Shown piece after piece: positions 30,385 through 41,555 of a stretch of DNA of 64,000 bases. Within the stretch, counting starts at the first letter, position 1. Every line of letters begins with the position of its first letter. The notes under the pieces are model-generated. The model saw only the letters and a list, made by a program, of their open reading frames with translations, ran no database searches and had not been told where the DNA came from. The stretch comes from an uncultured Actinomycetes bacterium (lineage in GTDB: Bacteria; Actinomycetota; Thermoleophilia; Gaiellales; Gaiellaceae), in assembly GCA_963796405.1 (NCBI GenBank), contig CAWCLL010000002.1, positions 32,510-96,509 on the forward strand, given 5' to 3'. A program made the translations under genes and the position numbers.

Positions 30385-31304
30385 GCGCCCATCCGCCGCT
30401 GCGCCCGCGCGGTCGCGAACAGGTAGTAGGCCATGAAGACCGTGAGGAACAGCATCAGGCAGACCACGAGCCCGGCCCCGACCGGGATCTGCTGGCCGCC
30501 GAGGACGTAGAGGTGGATCTGGTTGCCGATCATGCTCGTGGTCGGCGACTGCGAGAGCAGGTCGGTCGTGTAGTAGTCGCCGAACATCGGGAGCGCGATG
30601 ATCACGATGCTCGCGAGGATCGCCGGCTTCGAGAGCGGCAGCGTCACGAGCCGGAAGGTCTGGAACGGGCTCGCCCCGAGGTCGCGCGCCGCCTCGAGCA
30701 GGCTCCGGTCGACGCGGTCGAGGAAGGCGTAGAGCGGCAGGATCATGAACGGCACGTAGCCGTAGACGAGCCCGAGGATCACCGACGACGCCCGCCCGTC
30801 GAGCCAGTTCCGCGGCGCGTCGAGGATCCCGACCCACACGAGCACGTCGTTCACCCAGCCGTCGTCCTGGAGCAGGTTGATCCAGGCGAGCATCCGCATC
30901 AGGTAGCTGATGAAGAAGGGAGCTATGAGCCCGGCGAGGAGCAGCCCCTTCCAGCGGCCGCCGTAGCGCGCGACGTAGTACGCGACCGGGTACGCGATGA
31001 GGAGCGAGAGCGCGGTCGCGATGACGACGTACACGAGCGTCCGCAGGAAGACCGTCTGGAACGCGGCCCCGCTCGTGAACAGGCCGTCGAGGACGAACTC
31101 GAACGAGGCCGTGCTCCAGTAGAGCGGGTTCCACTCCGGCGTCGGGCTCAGGAAGAGCGGGTCGACCGTGCCGAACGCGACGGCGAGGATCGCGTACAGC
31201 GGCAGCAGGAAGAAGAGGCAGAGCCAGGCGACGCCGGGAAGCGCCAGCCCCGCCCAGACGGCGTTGCCCTTCGTGCCCGCTACGCGGGTCGCTCGGGCTC
31301 GGGG
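30381..31304 (-). CDS. potB: Spermidine/putrescine ABC permease (start codon not identifiable; frame is open from 31304)
   Basis: ORF 30381..31034 plus an in-frame upstream extension (GNAVWAGLALPGVAWLCLFFLLPLYAIL...). EAA loop LLEAARDLGASPFQTF. Confidence 0.75.
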   Translation of the reverse strand, partial: PRARATRVAGTKGNAVWAGLALPGVAWLCLFFLLPLYAILAVAFGTVDPLFLSPTPEWNPLYWSTASFEFVLDGLFTSGAAFQTVFLRTLVYVVIATALSLLIAYPVAYYVARYGGRWKGLLLAGLIAPFFISYLMRMLAWINLLQDDGWVNDVLVWVGILDAPRNWLDGRASSVILGLVYGYVPFMILPLYAFLDRVDRSLLEAARDLGASPFQTFRLVTLPLSKPAILASIVIIALPMFGDYYTTDLLSQSPTTSMIGNQIHLYVLGGQQIPVGAGLVVCLMLFLTVFMAYYLFATARAQRRMGA

Positions 31305-32547
31305 TCAGACACCCGCCTTGAACTCGGCCCAGGCGTTCTGCCACGCAACCTGGCCGTCCGGCGGACAACTCCGTCAGGAAGTAGCCGGTGTCGAAGTCGC
31401 TCTCGCGGACGATCGCGGTCTTCAGGTTCGTGGGGACGACGCCATCCTTGACCAGCCGGTCGGGATCGAGCTCGGTCAGCGGCGGCTGGTAGCCGACGAA
31501 GTTCGCGAAGTTGTCGTACCCGTGCTTCACGTCGAGGAGGTAGTTGATGAAGTGATGCGCGAGGACGGGGTTCTTCGCCGACTTCGGGATCGCCATCAGG
31601 TCGTTGCCGATCGTCCCCTTGCCGTCCTCCGGGAACCAGAAGCCGAGCGCTTCGGGCCCCAGTCCCTCGGGCAGGTACCACTGCGCCGAGATCGCGCTCC
31701 CCGACCAGGTCTGGTGCACCCACGCTCGGCCCTCAGGGAGGTTCGTGTAGTCGTCGGTCGAGAGCTTCACGTTGACCGCGGGGATCAGCGACTTGAGCTC
31801 CTCCTTCGCATGCTCGATGTGCGCGGGGTCCTCCGTGTTGATGTCCTCGATCCCGTTCTTCAGGAGCATGTGCCCGGCCGCGTCGCGGCTGTCGTCGAGG
31901 AGGTACGTCTTGCCGCGGTTCGCCTCGTCCCAGTAGATCTCGTACGGGTTGTCGAGGTCGAGCGGGGTCGTCTGCAGCTTGTCCGTGCGATACCCGATGC
32001 CCGTCGTCCACATCAGGTACGGAGCCGTGTACAGCGAGCCCTTGTCGTACCACGGGTCCTGCACCGAGGGCCAGGCGTTGGCGAGGTTCGGCAGGTAGTC
32101 GTGGTTCAGCGGCTGGAGGACCTTGCCCACGACCAGGCGGCCGAGGCGGTCCGGCACCGGGATGAAGACGTCGTAGTCGACGGCGCCGGACGAGATCTTC
32201 GAGATCGCCTCGTCCATCGTGACGAAGTACGTCTCCTCGACCTTGACGCCGTACTCCTTCGCGAAGTCCTTCTTGATCCGCGGCCACAGGTAGCCGTTCC
32301 AGTTGTAGATCCGGAGCGTGCCGCTCTCGGGCTCGAGGCCGGACGCGATCGCCGGGTTGTCGTCGAAGAGCTGCCACGTGACCGGGTTGTCCGGGCGCGC
32401 GAGCGTGAGCTCGGCGGTCTCGCCGTTCGAGCCGCCGCCGCAGGCCGAGAGCAGCGTCCCCATGCTCGACAGCGCGAGCGCACCCGCAGCGGACCTCCCG
32501 AGGAACTCCCGCCTCCCGTAACGCGACTCTCGCGGATGCAACGTCAT
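31305..32547 (-). pseudogene. potD: Polyamine-binding periplasmic lipoprotein (one frame break near 31355)
   Basis: Tat/lipobox N-terminus RREFLGRSAAGALALSSMGTLLSACGG and a PotD/PotF-like body. Removing one base at GCCGGAC gives ...LSADGQVAWQNAWAEFKAGV*. Confidence 0.85.
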
Positions 32548-32584
32548 CGCCTCTCGGCGAGTGAACCAGAGTCGGCGAGCGCGG

Positions 32585-34573
32585 TCAATCGGAGACGACG
32601 ATCAGCGCGTCGACCGCGAGCGTGCCGTCCGGGCCGGTGACGAGCGGGTTGACGTCGATCGCCTCGATCTCCGGGTGGGCGAGCGCGAGGTCTCCGACGG
32701 CGACCAGCGTGCGCGCGATGACGTCGTCCGGGTCGTCGAGACCGGCTTCGGCGACGAGCTCCCGGGCGTCTTCGAGGCCGATCGGCGCGACCGAGAGGAC
32801 GACGCTGTCCAGCTGCTCGACCTCAGCGCCGCCCCGCCCGACGGCGAGCACCGGGCCGAAGTCCGGGTCGCGAGTCATCCCGCAGAGGGCCTCGGCGCCG
32901 GCGGCGACCTGCTTCGCCACGAGCACGGGCCCGCCCAGGCGGCGCGCGGCCGCTAAGGCCGCCTCCGGCGTCGCGACGTCGAGGACGACGCCGCCTTCCC
33001 GGCTCTTGTGCGCGGGCCCGTCGAGCTTCACGACGACGGGCGGGCCGAGCTCGTATGCGGCCGCCTCCGCCTCGCCCGGATACACCGCGCGACGACGCGG
33101 GGCGAACGGCACGCCGTAGCGTTCGAGCGCGAGCGCCGACTCGTGCTCCGGCACCACGCCCGGCTCGAGCAGGTCGCGCACGCTCGGGCCTCTCGCGGTC
33201 TCGGGCGGAGGCCGCCACGGGCGGAGGCCGATCACGTGCGCGAGCGCGCGCATCGAGTTGCGCGGGCCGCGGAGGAGCGGGAGGTCGAGCTCGCGCGCGA
33301 GCTCCTGGAAGCGGGGCGGCGGGTCGGCGCTGTGCACGGTCGTCGCGGCGGCGAAGAGGTCGTGCTCGCGCGGCGAGCCGGGCGAGCGCGCGCAAGGTGA
33401 GCTCGCACCACTCCTCGTTCGTCTCGTCGCGGAACTGGGAGAGGTCGGCCTGCCCGAGGAGGACGTCGAACGCGCCGGACTCGGCCATGAGCTCGAGCGA
33501 GCGCGGGTAGACGACGCTCTCGTCCGCGACCGCCCAGGCGTCGAGCGGGTTCCCCGGCGCGAGGTAGTTCGGGAACTCGGCCTGTGAGGCGCGTCGCGAG
33601 GTCCTCCGGCAGCGGCTCGAACGGGATGCCCGCCGCGTCGGCCTGGTCGGCGAGCAGCGCGCCCTCGCCGCCGGACTCCGAGATCGCCGCGATCCGGCGC
33701 CCGCGCGGGCGGCGGTTCCGGCCCAGGATCTCGAGCGTCTCCACGAGCTCGTGGAAGTCCTCGACCTCGATCGCGCCGTAGCGGCGCAGCACCGCCGAGA
33801 ACGCGCGGCCGGAGCCGACGAGCGCGCCCGTGTGCGTGAGCGCCGCGCGGGCGCCGGCCTCGGAGCGGCCGACCTTCAGGCACGCGACCGGCTTTCCCGC
33901 CTCCGCGCACTCCCGGAGCGCCTCGACGAACGCGTGCCGGCCGGCGGACCGTCTCGAGGAAGAGCCCGACGGCGCGCGTCCCCTCGTCCTCGGCGAAGAA
34001 CGAGAGGTAGTCGGCCGCGTCCGTGACCGCCTCCGCTCCCGAGGACACGATGCAGCGGAAGCCGACCCGGCCGCCGAGCGAGAGGAACGCGTCCGCGATC
34101 GAGCCCGACTGGCAGAGGACGGCGACGTGGCCCGGGGCAGTCGTCGTGGGGGCGCGGCCGATCCAGGCCGCCGGCCCGTCCGGCGCGAACGTGCCCATGC
34201 AGTTCGGGCCGAGGAGCGCCGCGCCGAGCTCGCGCGCACGGGCGGCGAGCCGCTCGGTCGTCGGGGCGGCCGCGACGCCGGCTTCGGCCCCGACGCCCGG
34301 GACGACGAACGCGCGCACGCCTGCCGCCGCCGCCTCCTCGAACGCGTCCTCGACGCGGATGTGGTTCACGAGCAGGAATGCGGCCTCCGGCTGCTCGGGG
34401 AGCTCCGCGAAGCTCGGGTAGCAGCGAAGGCCCGCGACCTCGTCGCGGTTCGGGTTCACGCCCCACGCGCGGACGCCGCTGCGGACGACGGTCTCGACGG
34501 CGTCGACGTTCCGCGGGGAGGCGCCGACGACGGCGAGCGAGCGGGGGAAGAGGAGCGCACGCACGTCGGACAC
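32585..34573 (-). pseudogene. ADP-forming acetyl/acyl-CoA synthetase (CoA-binding + ATP-grasp), at least three frame breaks near 33945, 33581 and 33375
   Basis: SLAVVGAS...GPNCMG...QSGS N-terminal half. ATP-grasp C-terminal half VVKLDGPAHKSREGGV...EIEAIDVNPL. Pieces lie in ORFs 32585..36310, 33232..34239 and 32823..33488. Confidence 0.8.
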
Positions 34574-34603
34574 GGGCGCGCATTCTCTCCGTAGAGTCGA
34601 GCG

Positions 34604-35014
34604 GTGGCGCACGAGAAGCAGGTCGAGATCCGCTGGCGCGACGTCGACGCGTACCTGCACGTGAACAACGCCGTCTACGCGACGTACCTCGAGGAGTGCC
34701 GCGACGAGTGGGTCGAGCGCGCGCTCGGCGACGCCGGCGATCCCTGGGACTTCGTGCTCGCGCGCGTGGCGATCGACTTCCGGCGCGAGCTCCGGCTCGA
34801 GGACGAGGAGGTCGTCGTCTCGTGCCGGCTCGAGCGCATGGGCAACTCGAGCTTCACGCTGCGCGAGGAGGTCCGCACGCGCGACGGTGAGCTCTCCGCC
34901 GAGTCCGAGGCCGTCCTCGTCGCCCGCGACCGTGATACCGGCCGCTCGCGTCCGCTGACCGAGGCCGAGCGCGCGGCCTTCGAAGGCGCCGACTCCGGAG
35001 TAGGCTCCCGCGCG
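34604..35014 (+). CDS. Hotdog-fold acyl-CoA thioesterase (4HBT/YbgC-like), read through in frame into the next gene
   Basis: First 137 codons of ORF 34604..36181: VEIRWRDVDAYLHVNNAVYATYLEE... Confidence 0.7.
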
Positions 35015-36181
35015 ATGGTCGTCCCCGAGCTGCCCTCGGACATCCGCGCGCTCAAGGAGGCCGTCGGCGCGTTCGTCGAGGCCGAGGTCTACCCGCTCGA
35101 GGAGCGCATCGCCGCCCGCGGCTCGATCGACTGGGGCGAGGTGGACGAGCTGCGGAGGAAGGCGCGCGCGGCCGGGTTCTCGATGCTGAACATGCCGGCG
35201 GAGGTCGGCGGCCGCGACCTCTCGATGCTCGGCCAGGTCGCGCTCGAGGAGGAGTCGGGGAAGGCGACGAACGGGCTCGGCTTCGCCGTCGTCGACCGCG
35301 GCCCGCGCGAGCTGTACGAGATTGCGACCCCGGAGCAGAACGAGCGCTACGTCATGCCCGTGCTGCGCGGCGAGTACCGCGAGGCGTGGGCGCTCACCGA
35401 GCCTGGCGCAGGGTCGGATCTCTCCGGGCTGCAGGCGACGGCCGTGCGCGACGGCGACGAGTGGGTGCTGAACGGCGAGAAGTGGTTCGTGACGAGCGAG
35501 GGGCCGCCGGGCGTCTACATCGTGCTCGCGGTTGCGGAGGGCGAGCAGACGCTCTTCCTCGTCGATCCGGACGCGCCCGGGCTCGAGATCCGGCGCACGC
35601 CGGGCTTCCTCCACGATCCGTACCTCGATCACCACCCGGAGATCGTCTTCTCGGACTGCCGCGTGCCGGAGGCGAACCGCGTGCCCGCGAGCGGCGACGA
35701 GGGCGCGAAGGAGTGGATCCTCGTCGAGCGGCTCTTCATCGCGGCGCGCTGCTGCGGCGCGGCGCTGCGGCTCGTCGACCTGACCGCGGACTGGGCGCAG
35801 GAGCGCGAGGCGTTCGGCTCGCCGATCGCCGAGTACCAGGGCATCTCGTTCCCGCTCGCCGACTCGCTCACCGAGCTGCACGCGGCGCGGCTCCTGACGT
35901 ACCACGCGGCGCACGCGTTCGACACGCTCGCGGACCGGCGAGTCGTGCACGGGAAGGTCTCGATGGCGAAGCTCTACGCATCGGAGATGGCGGGCCGCGT
36001 GGCGGACCGGGCCGTGCAGGCGCTCGGCGGCCGCGGGTACATGACCGAGAGCCCGGCCGCGCGCTTCTTCCGCGAGCTCCGCGTCGACCGCATCTGGGAG
36101 GGCACGAGCGAGATCCAGCGCTCGATCCTCTCCCGCGGCGTCTTCAAGCGCGGCGCCGCCCCGTACCTCGGCTGGGAGTGA
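35015..36181 (+). CDS. Acyl-CoA dehydrogenase
   Basis: From MVVPELPSDIRALKEAV... with ALTEPGAGSD, GEKWFVTS, and C-terminal RIWEGTSEIQR. Confidence 0.85.
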   Translation: MVVPELPSDIRALKEAVGAFVEAEVYPLEERIAARGSIDWGEVDELRRKARAAGFSMLNMPAEVGGRDLSMLGQVALEEESGKATNGLGFAVVDRGPRELYEIATPEQNERYVMPVLRGEYREAWALTEPGAGSDLSGLQATAVRDGDEWVLNGEKWFVTSEGPPGVYIVLAVAEGEQTLFLVDPDAPGLEIRRTPGFLHDPYLDHHPEIVFSDCRVPEANRVPASGDEGAKEWILVERLFIAARCCGAALRLVDLTADWAQEREAFGSPIAEYQGISFPLADSLTELHAARLLTYHAAHAFDTLADRRVVHGKVSMAKLYASEMAGRVADRAVQALGGRGYMTESPAARFFRELRVDRIWEGTSEIQRSILSRGVFKRGAAPYLGWE

Positions 36182-36186
36182 CGCGG

Positions 36187-36268
36187 CTGGGGTCAGCTTC
36201 AGCTTGACCCCGGTCGAGGTTCTCGCCGTGCAACCCAAGATCGAGGTCAGGCTGAAGCCTGACCCCAG
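36187..36268. repeat. Pair of related palindromic hairpins in inverted orientation (REP-like element or terminator)
   Basis: GGGGTCA..TGACCCC (36189-36211) and GGTCAGGC-tgaa-GCCTGACC (36245-36264). The outer arms CTGGGGTCAG and CTGACCCCAG are reverse complements. Confidence 0.5.
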
Positions 36269-36328
36269 CGTGTGACACCGGAGCGCTCGGCGGCGTAACG
36301 CAGGCGACACCGAACCCGGAGGTACTCC

Positions 36329-37019
36329 ATGAAACGCCTGCTCCTCGCCGTCGCCGCCCTCTTCTCCCTCGTCGCCCTCGCCGGCGCCGTCGGCCTGCCC
36401 GACCTCGCCGGTGCTCAGGACGCTCCCGAGGCGACCGACTCGATCACGGTGAGCGGGCTGGGCACGGTCAAGTCCGTCCCCGACGAGGCGCAGATGTCGT
36501 TCGGCGTCGAGACGCGCGGCGCGACCGCCAAGGCCGCCGTCGCCGCGAACGCCGACGCGATGCGCCGGATCGTCAACGCCCTGCGCCAGGCGGGTGGCCG
36601 CGAGCTTGCGACCGAGTGGGTCAGCGTCTACCCGATCTCGAACGGCGAGAACGGCGCGATCACCGAGTACTCCGCCTCGAACAGCGTCTCCGCCGTGTCC
36701 GACACCGCGGGCGCCGCCGGGCTGATCGACGCCGCCACGGGCGCCGGGGCGAACCAGGTCTCCGGCCCCGGCCTGAGCTCGAGCAACACCGAGGCGCTCT
36801 ACCGCCAGGCGCTGGCGAAGGCGGTCGACGAGGCGCGGGCGCGCGCTCAGGTGCTCGCGAAGGCCGCCGGCCGCTCGCTCGGCGAGATCACCTCGATCGT
36901 CGAGGGCTCCGCCATCCTCGCCGGAGCCGTACTACGCCGAGCGCGCCGCGCTCGACCGTGCAACGCCGATCGTCCCCGGCACGCAGGAGACGACCGCGAC
37001 GATCAGCGTCACCTTCTAG
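36329..37019 (+). pseudogene. SIMPL/DUF541 secreted protein (one frame break near 36920)
   Basis: Signal peptide MKRLLLAVAALFSLVALAGA. ITVSGLGTVKSVPDEAQMSFGV. The C-terminus PEPYYAERAALDRATPIVPGTQETTATISVTF* is in a shifted frame. Confidence 0.7.
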
Positions 37020-37113
37020 CTCCGCTAGCCGAGACGCGGGGATCGGGCCTTCGGGCTCGATCCCCTCCGCGCGGAGGTCGACGTTCCGCGACGGGCGTGC
37101 GAGGCTTCCGCGC

Positions 37114-38665
37114 ATGGCCGAGCAGGGGGTCGTGACGATCATGCACGCGGACGTCGAGGGCTCGACGGAGCTCACGACGCGGCTGGGCGACGAGGTCGGC
37201 CGGCAGACCCTCGAGGGGACGAAGCGGATCGTCCGCGAGCGGGCGGAGACGTTCGGCGGACGTCAGATCGACGCCGTCGGCGACGCGATGATGTTCACGT
37301 TCACGTCCACGCGGCAGGCGATCGCCGGCGCGATCGCCGTGCAGCAGGCACTTGCAGCGGAGGAGCGCGAACGGCCCGAAGGGACGTTGAGGGTCCGGCT
37401 CGGTCTGAACGTCGGTGAAGTGCTCGAGCGGGACGGACACCCATTCGGCGCCGCTGTCAACGCGGGCGCACGCGTGATGTCGAAGGCGTCGGGCGGCCAG
37501 ATCTTCGCCTCGGAGATGGTCGTGCGCCTGGCGGGGACGATGCCCGGCATCTCCTTCCGCGACCGCGGCCGGCACTCGTTCAAGGGATTCGACGAGCGCT
37601 GGCGGCTGTACGAGGTGGAGTGGGAGCGGCCCGCTCCGCCGCCGCGGCCTTCCCGCCGGCGGCTGCGCGAGACCGTAGCGCCGCCCCGCCGGCTCGGCAT
37701 CGCCTTCGCCACGGCGGCCGCCCTCGCTGCCGCCGCGGTCGTCGCTGCGCTCCTCCTGCGTCCGGGACGACGCCACGCCGATCGCCGTGACTGCGAATTC
37801 GGTCGCGGTCGTGAACCCCGCGACGAATCGCGTCGAGGACGCCGTCGAGGGCGTGATCCGGCCCGGCCCGGTGGCGTGGGGCGCGGGCTCCATCTGGGTT
37901 GGCAGCCTCGAAGACCGGACGCTGGTGCGCATCGACCCGGACACGAAGCAGATCCTCAAGACGATCCCACTCCCTGGAACGCCCGACGGGATCGCTGCGG
38001 GCGATGATGCCGTCTGGGTCGTCCACGGCCGTCTGGGAACCCTGACGCGCGTCGATCCCACCTTCGATCGCGGCACGGTCGTCGAGACCGTCACTCTCGC
38101 AGGCAGGTCGATCACCTACGCAACGGGCGGCGTCGCGGTCGAGCCGCGAGCCGTATGGGCGGTCTACGGGGACGCGACGCTGGCTCGGCTCGATCCCGCG
38201 ACGAACCGGCGGAGCGGATCCGTCCTCGTCGGGGTCGGCCCGACCTCGGTCGTCGTGGCCTTCGACTCGGTGTGGGTCTCGAACTCCGGCGAGTCGAGCG
38301 TCGAGCGCTTCAGCCCCGCGACCTTCCAGGAAGGCCCGGTCGACGAGCTCACCGTGGGCGGATCACCAACGGGCCTGACGGCTGGCGAGGGCGCGATCTG
38401 GGTCGCGAGCCCGGACAGCGACCTCGTCACGAGGATCGACCCGAGCCGCGTTGCAACATCGGCGCTCCCCATTGCGGTCGGCGGCCGCCCGACCGCGACC
38501 GCTGTCGGAGCAGGCGCGGTCTGGGTGGCGGAGAGCGGCGGCCTCACGCTATCCCGCATCGATCCGGCGACGAACGAGGTGACCGAGACGATCCCGATCG
38601 GGAACCCGCCGTCGGGGATTGCGGTCGGCGCGGGGCTCGTCTGGGTAGGGGTTCAGGCCCCGTAG
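37114..38665 (+). pseudogene. Class III adenylate/guanylate cyclase + TM + beta-propeller repeat sensor (one frame break near 37780)
   Basis: VTIMHADVEGSTELT...AVGDAMMFTF...GLNVGEV...GAAVNAGARV. Then repeats of the type VWV..S..L.RIDPATN in ORF 37787..38665. Confidence 0.8.
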
Positions 38666-38670
38666 GACGT

Positions 38671-40310
38671 CTATTCGTCCAAGCAGACCGTCGTGAGATC
38701 GAGGATCGGCCGAAGGGTGATGCACCCGACGCGATCGGACACGAGCGTCGCCTCGCCGATGACGCTGAGCGCCGCGAGCGGCGCGGCGTCCCGCGCGAGG
38801 CGGACGTCGAGCGTCCCGTACGCCTGGGCGCGCTGGCGGCTTTGGAGTTGGCGCGCAGCCTGCTTCATCTCACGGCGGTACACGCTCGAGTTGAAGCGCG
38901 TCACCGTCGGGCCGTCGATCGTCGGCACCTGGAGCAGCAGGTTGATGTAGGCGAACGGATCGGCCACGCCCGGCGCCCAGAGCATGAGCGCGATGTCCCA
39001 CGGCTCACCCCGCGCCGCGAGCCTGTCGAAGTAGGCCGCGCTGGCGATGTGGAGAGGCACCGGCCGCACCTCCACGTCGAGGCCGATCTTCGCCAGCTGC
39101 TGCTTCACGAGCTGCGCGGTCTGCATCGGCAGCGGGAAGTCCGGCGCGTAGAACACCGCTTTGGCTCCCCCCAGGCGCCCGCGCGCGAGCGTTCTCGCGC
39201 GCTGCAAGTCGGGCCCCCGGAGCGGATAGATCGTGGCGTCCCTGAATCCGGGCACCACGAACGGCAGGTACTGGTCGGTGGGCTGGCTCACGATCCCGAC
39301 CGCCGGCGGTCGCCTGCAGCGCCTGACGGTCGAGCGCGAAGTTGATCGCCCTGCGGAGCCCGGGGTTCTTCCGGAAGAGCGGACGCGAGGAGTTGAAAGC
39401 GAGCATTCGTATGGTCAGTCCGGGCTTGACGAAGAACCTCGTCCTGTTGACACCGTGCTTCTCCACGAGGCCGAGCGAGGGATCCATGAAGACGCCCGCG
39501 ATCGTGTGGCCCCAGTCGGCCTCGTTGCGGTCGATGCGCCGGAGCATCTCGGTGGGTGAGGGGGCGCGGAGGTCGACGTCGAAGCCGTCGAGGTGGCGCT
39601 GCCGCTTCCCGCCGTAGAAGGGGTTCCTCCGGATCACGACACGCTCGCCGGGGCGGTACTCGACTGCGTAGTAGGGGCCCGCCGAGTCGAACGCGCCGAC
39701 GCCCTCCGGAGTGGAGGGGAGGCCGGGCGGCACCGCGCAGAAGAACGGCAGCGTCGTCCGCTTGACGAAGTCCGGGGCCGGGCTCGTGAACCGCACGACG
39801 AGCGTGTTCCCGCGCGCCACGACGCCCTTCGCCGTCTTCTTCCGGCCCGCCAGCACGTCGGCTGCGCCGACGATGTCCTGCGTGAACATCGCACCGGGCG
39901 AGCGGACACCGGGCGCCAGGGTGCGGTTGATCGCGTGCGCGAACGCGTTCGCCCGGACCGGCGACCCGTCGCTGAAGCGGAATCCCTTCCGCAGGCGGAA
40001 CGTGAACCGCCTGAAGTCGTCGCGCGATCCTCGGGTAGCCGACCGCGACCTCGGGCACGACCTCGAACGCTTTCGGTGGCCGCCGGTCGGGGTAGGTCAT
40101 GAGTCGCGCGCACATCGTGTCGAGCAGCGCCCACCCTGGCGGCGTGTAGGACAGCGCCGGGTCGATGTAGTCGAGGCCCGATTGGGGCGCGAGGCTGATG
40201 CGGAAGATGCCTCCGGACTGCCCGCCCGACGTCGAGCCGGCCTGGACAAAGACTCCGCCTGCGACGAGCAACGCGAGCAGCGATACGGGTAATCGGCGAC
40301 CCCGCCCCAT
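38671..40310 (-). pseudogene. ABC transporter substrate-binding protein, family 5 (peptide/nickel type), frame breaks near 40020 and 39290
   Basis: Signal peptide and GGIFRISLAPQSGLDYIDPALSY in ORF 39288..40310. The middle part is in ORF 39005..39889 and the C-terminal part in ORF 38671..39291. Confidence 0.75.
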
Positions 40311-40422
40311 GGTCTGCCTCCTTCTCCTCGGATCCGCCCGCGCAGATTAGTGCTTTCTGTCTCGACATACCAGACGCGCCGAGAGCCGCCCGCTCTTCCC
40401 ACGGACGGGAGATCATGCACGC

Positions 40423-41529
40423 GTGTCCGCCTCTCCCGAACGCGCGGTTCGCGTCTCGACGCTCGAGCTCTTCTTCGATCTCGTCTTCGTCTTCACGATC
40501 ACGCAGCTGACCGGCGTGCTCGTCGACGGCGGCGACGCGGCGTCCGTGGCGCAGGTCGTCGTCATGTTCCTGCTGATCTGGTGGATGTACGACGCCTACG
40601 CCTGGCTCACGAACGCGATCGCGACCGACCGCGTCCGCTTCCGTCTGCTCCTGCTCGGCGGGATGGGCGGCTTCCTCGTCATCGCGCTCGCAGTTCCCGA
40701 GGCGTTCGAGGGAAGCGGGCTGGCGTTCGCCCTGCCCGTACATCGCCGTCGTGTTCCTGCACGCGGGCATGTACGCGAAGGGGACCTCGATGTCGGAGGT
40801 CGCCGCGATCCTCCGGATCGTGCCGTTCAACATCGCCGCGGTCGCGCTCGTGCTCCTCGGCGGCGCGCTCGGGGGCGACGCGCAGTGGGCGATCTGGACC
40901 GCCACGGCGCTTCTGCTCTGGGTGACGCCTTGGCTCAGGGGCGTCGAGGGCTTCGTCGTCACTCCCGCCCACTTCGTCGAGCGGCACGGGCTCGTCGTCA
41001 TCGTCGCGCTCGGGGAGTCCGTCGTCGTCATCGGCGTCGGTGCCGCCGGCCTGGCGCTCGACCTCAGCCTCGCGCTCGTCGCGCTCCTCTCGCTCGCGCT
41101 CAGCGCGTCGCTGTGGTGGCTGTACTTCTCGGACGAGGGCGCGGTCGAGCAGGCGCTGAACGACGCGCCGCCCGAGCGGCGCCCGCGGATGGCGCTGGTC
41201 GGGTACGGGTACTGGCACTTCGGGCTCCTCCTCGGCGTCATCGCCGTCGCCGCCGGCCTGAAGAAGGCGGTCGGTGCGCCCGCGGACGAGCTCGACGTGT
41301 GGATCGCGTGCGAGCTGGCCGTGGGCGTGGCGCTCTTCGTCGCCTGCGACGTCGGGTTCCGGCGTGCGCTCGGGATCCCGCGGGGCGGGGCCCGGCTGGT
41401 CGCCGCGGCGGTCGCGCTCGCGACGATCCCGCTCGGCACCGAGCTCGACGGGAAGACGCAGATCGCGGCGCTCGCCGCGATCGTCGTGCGCGCGCTGCTC
41501 GTCGAAGGCCGGAGGGGCCGAGCCCGTGA
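40423..41529 (+). pseudogene. LtrA (low temperature requirement A) family membrane protein (frame break near 40740; end uncertain)
   Basis: VSTLELFFDLVFVFTITQL...WWMYDAYAWLTN in ORF 40423..41529. It continues FLHAGMYAKG...HFVERHGLVVIVALGESVV in ORF 40751..41833. Confidence 0.7.
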
Positions 41530-41555
41530 GCCCGGCCCCGTCGCGTCCGGTGGAG

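Noticed and set aside
29455-32547. The single 1030-aa ORF could be read as a giant PotD-PotB-PotC fusion protein.
   Set aside because: Only the first ~400 aa (PotD) and last 309 aa (PotC) are meaningful in that frame. The middle is Arg/Pro-rich read-through, and PotB is read in the frame of ORF 30381..31034. These are three separate genes with ATGA coupling.
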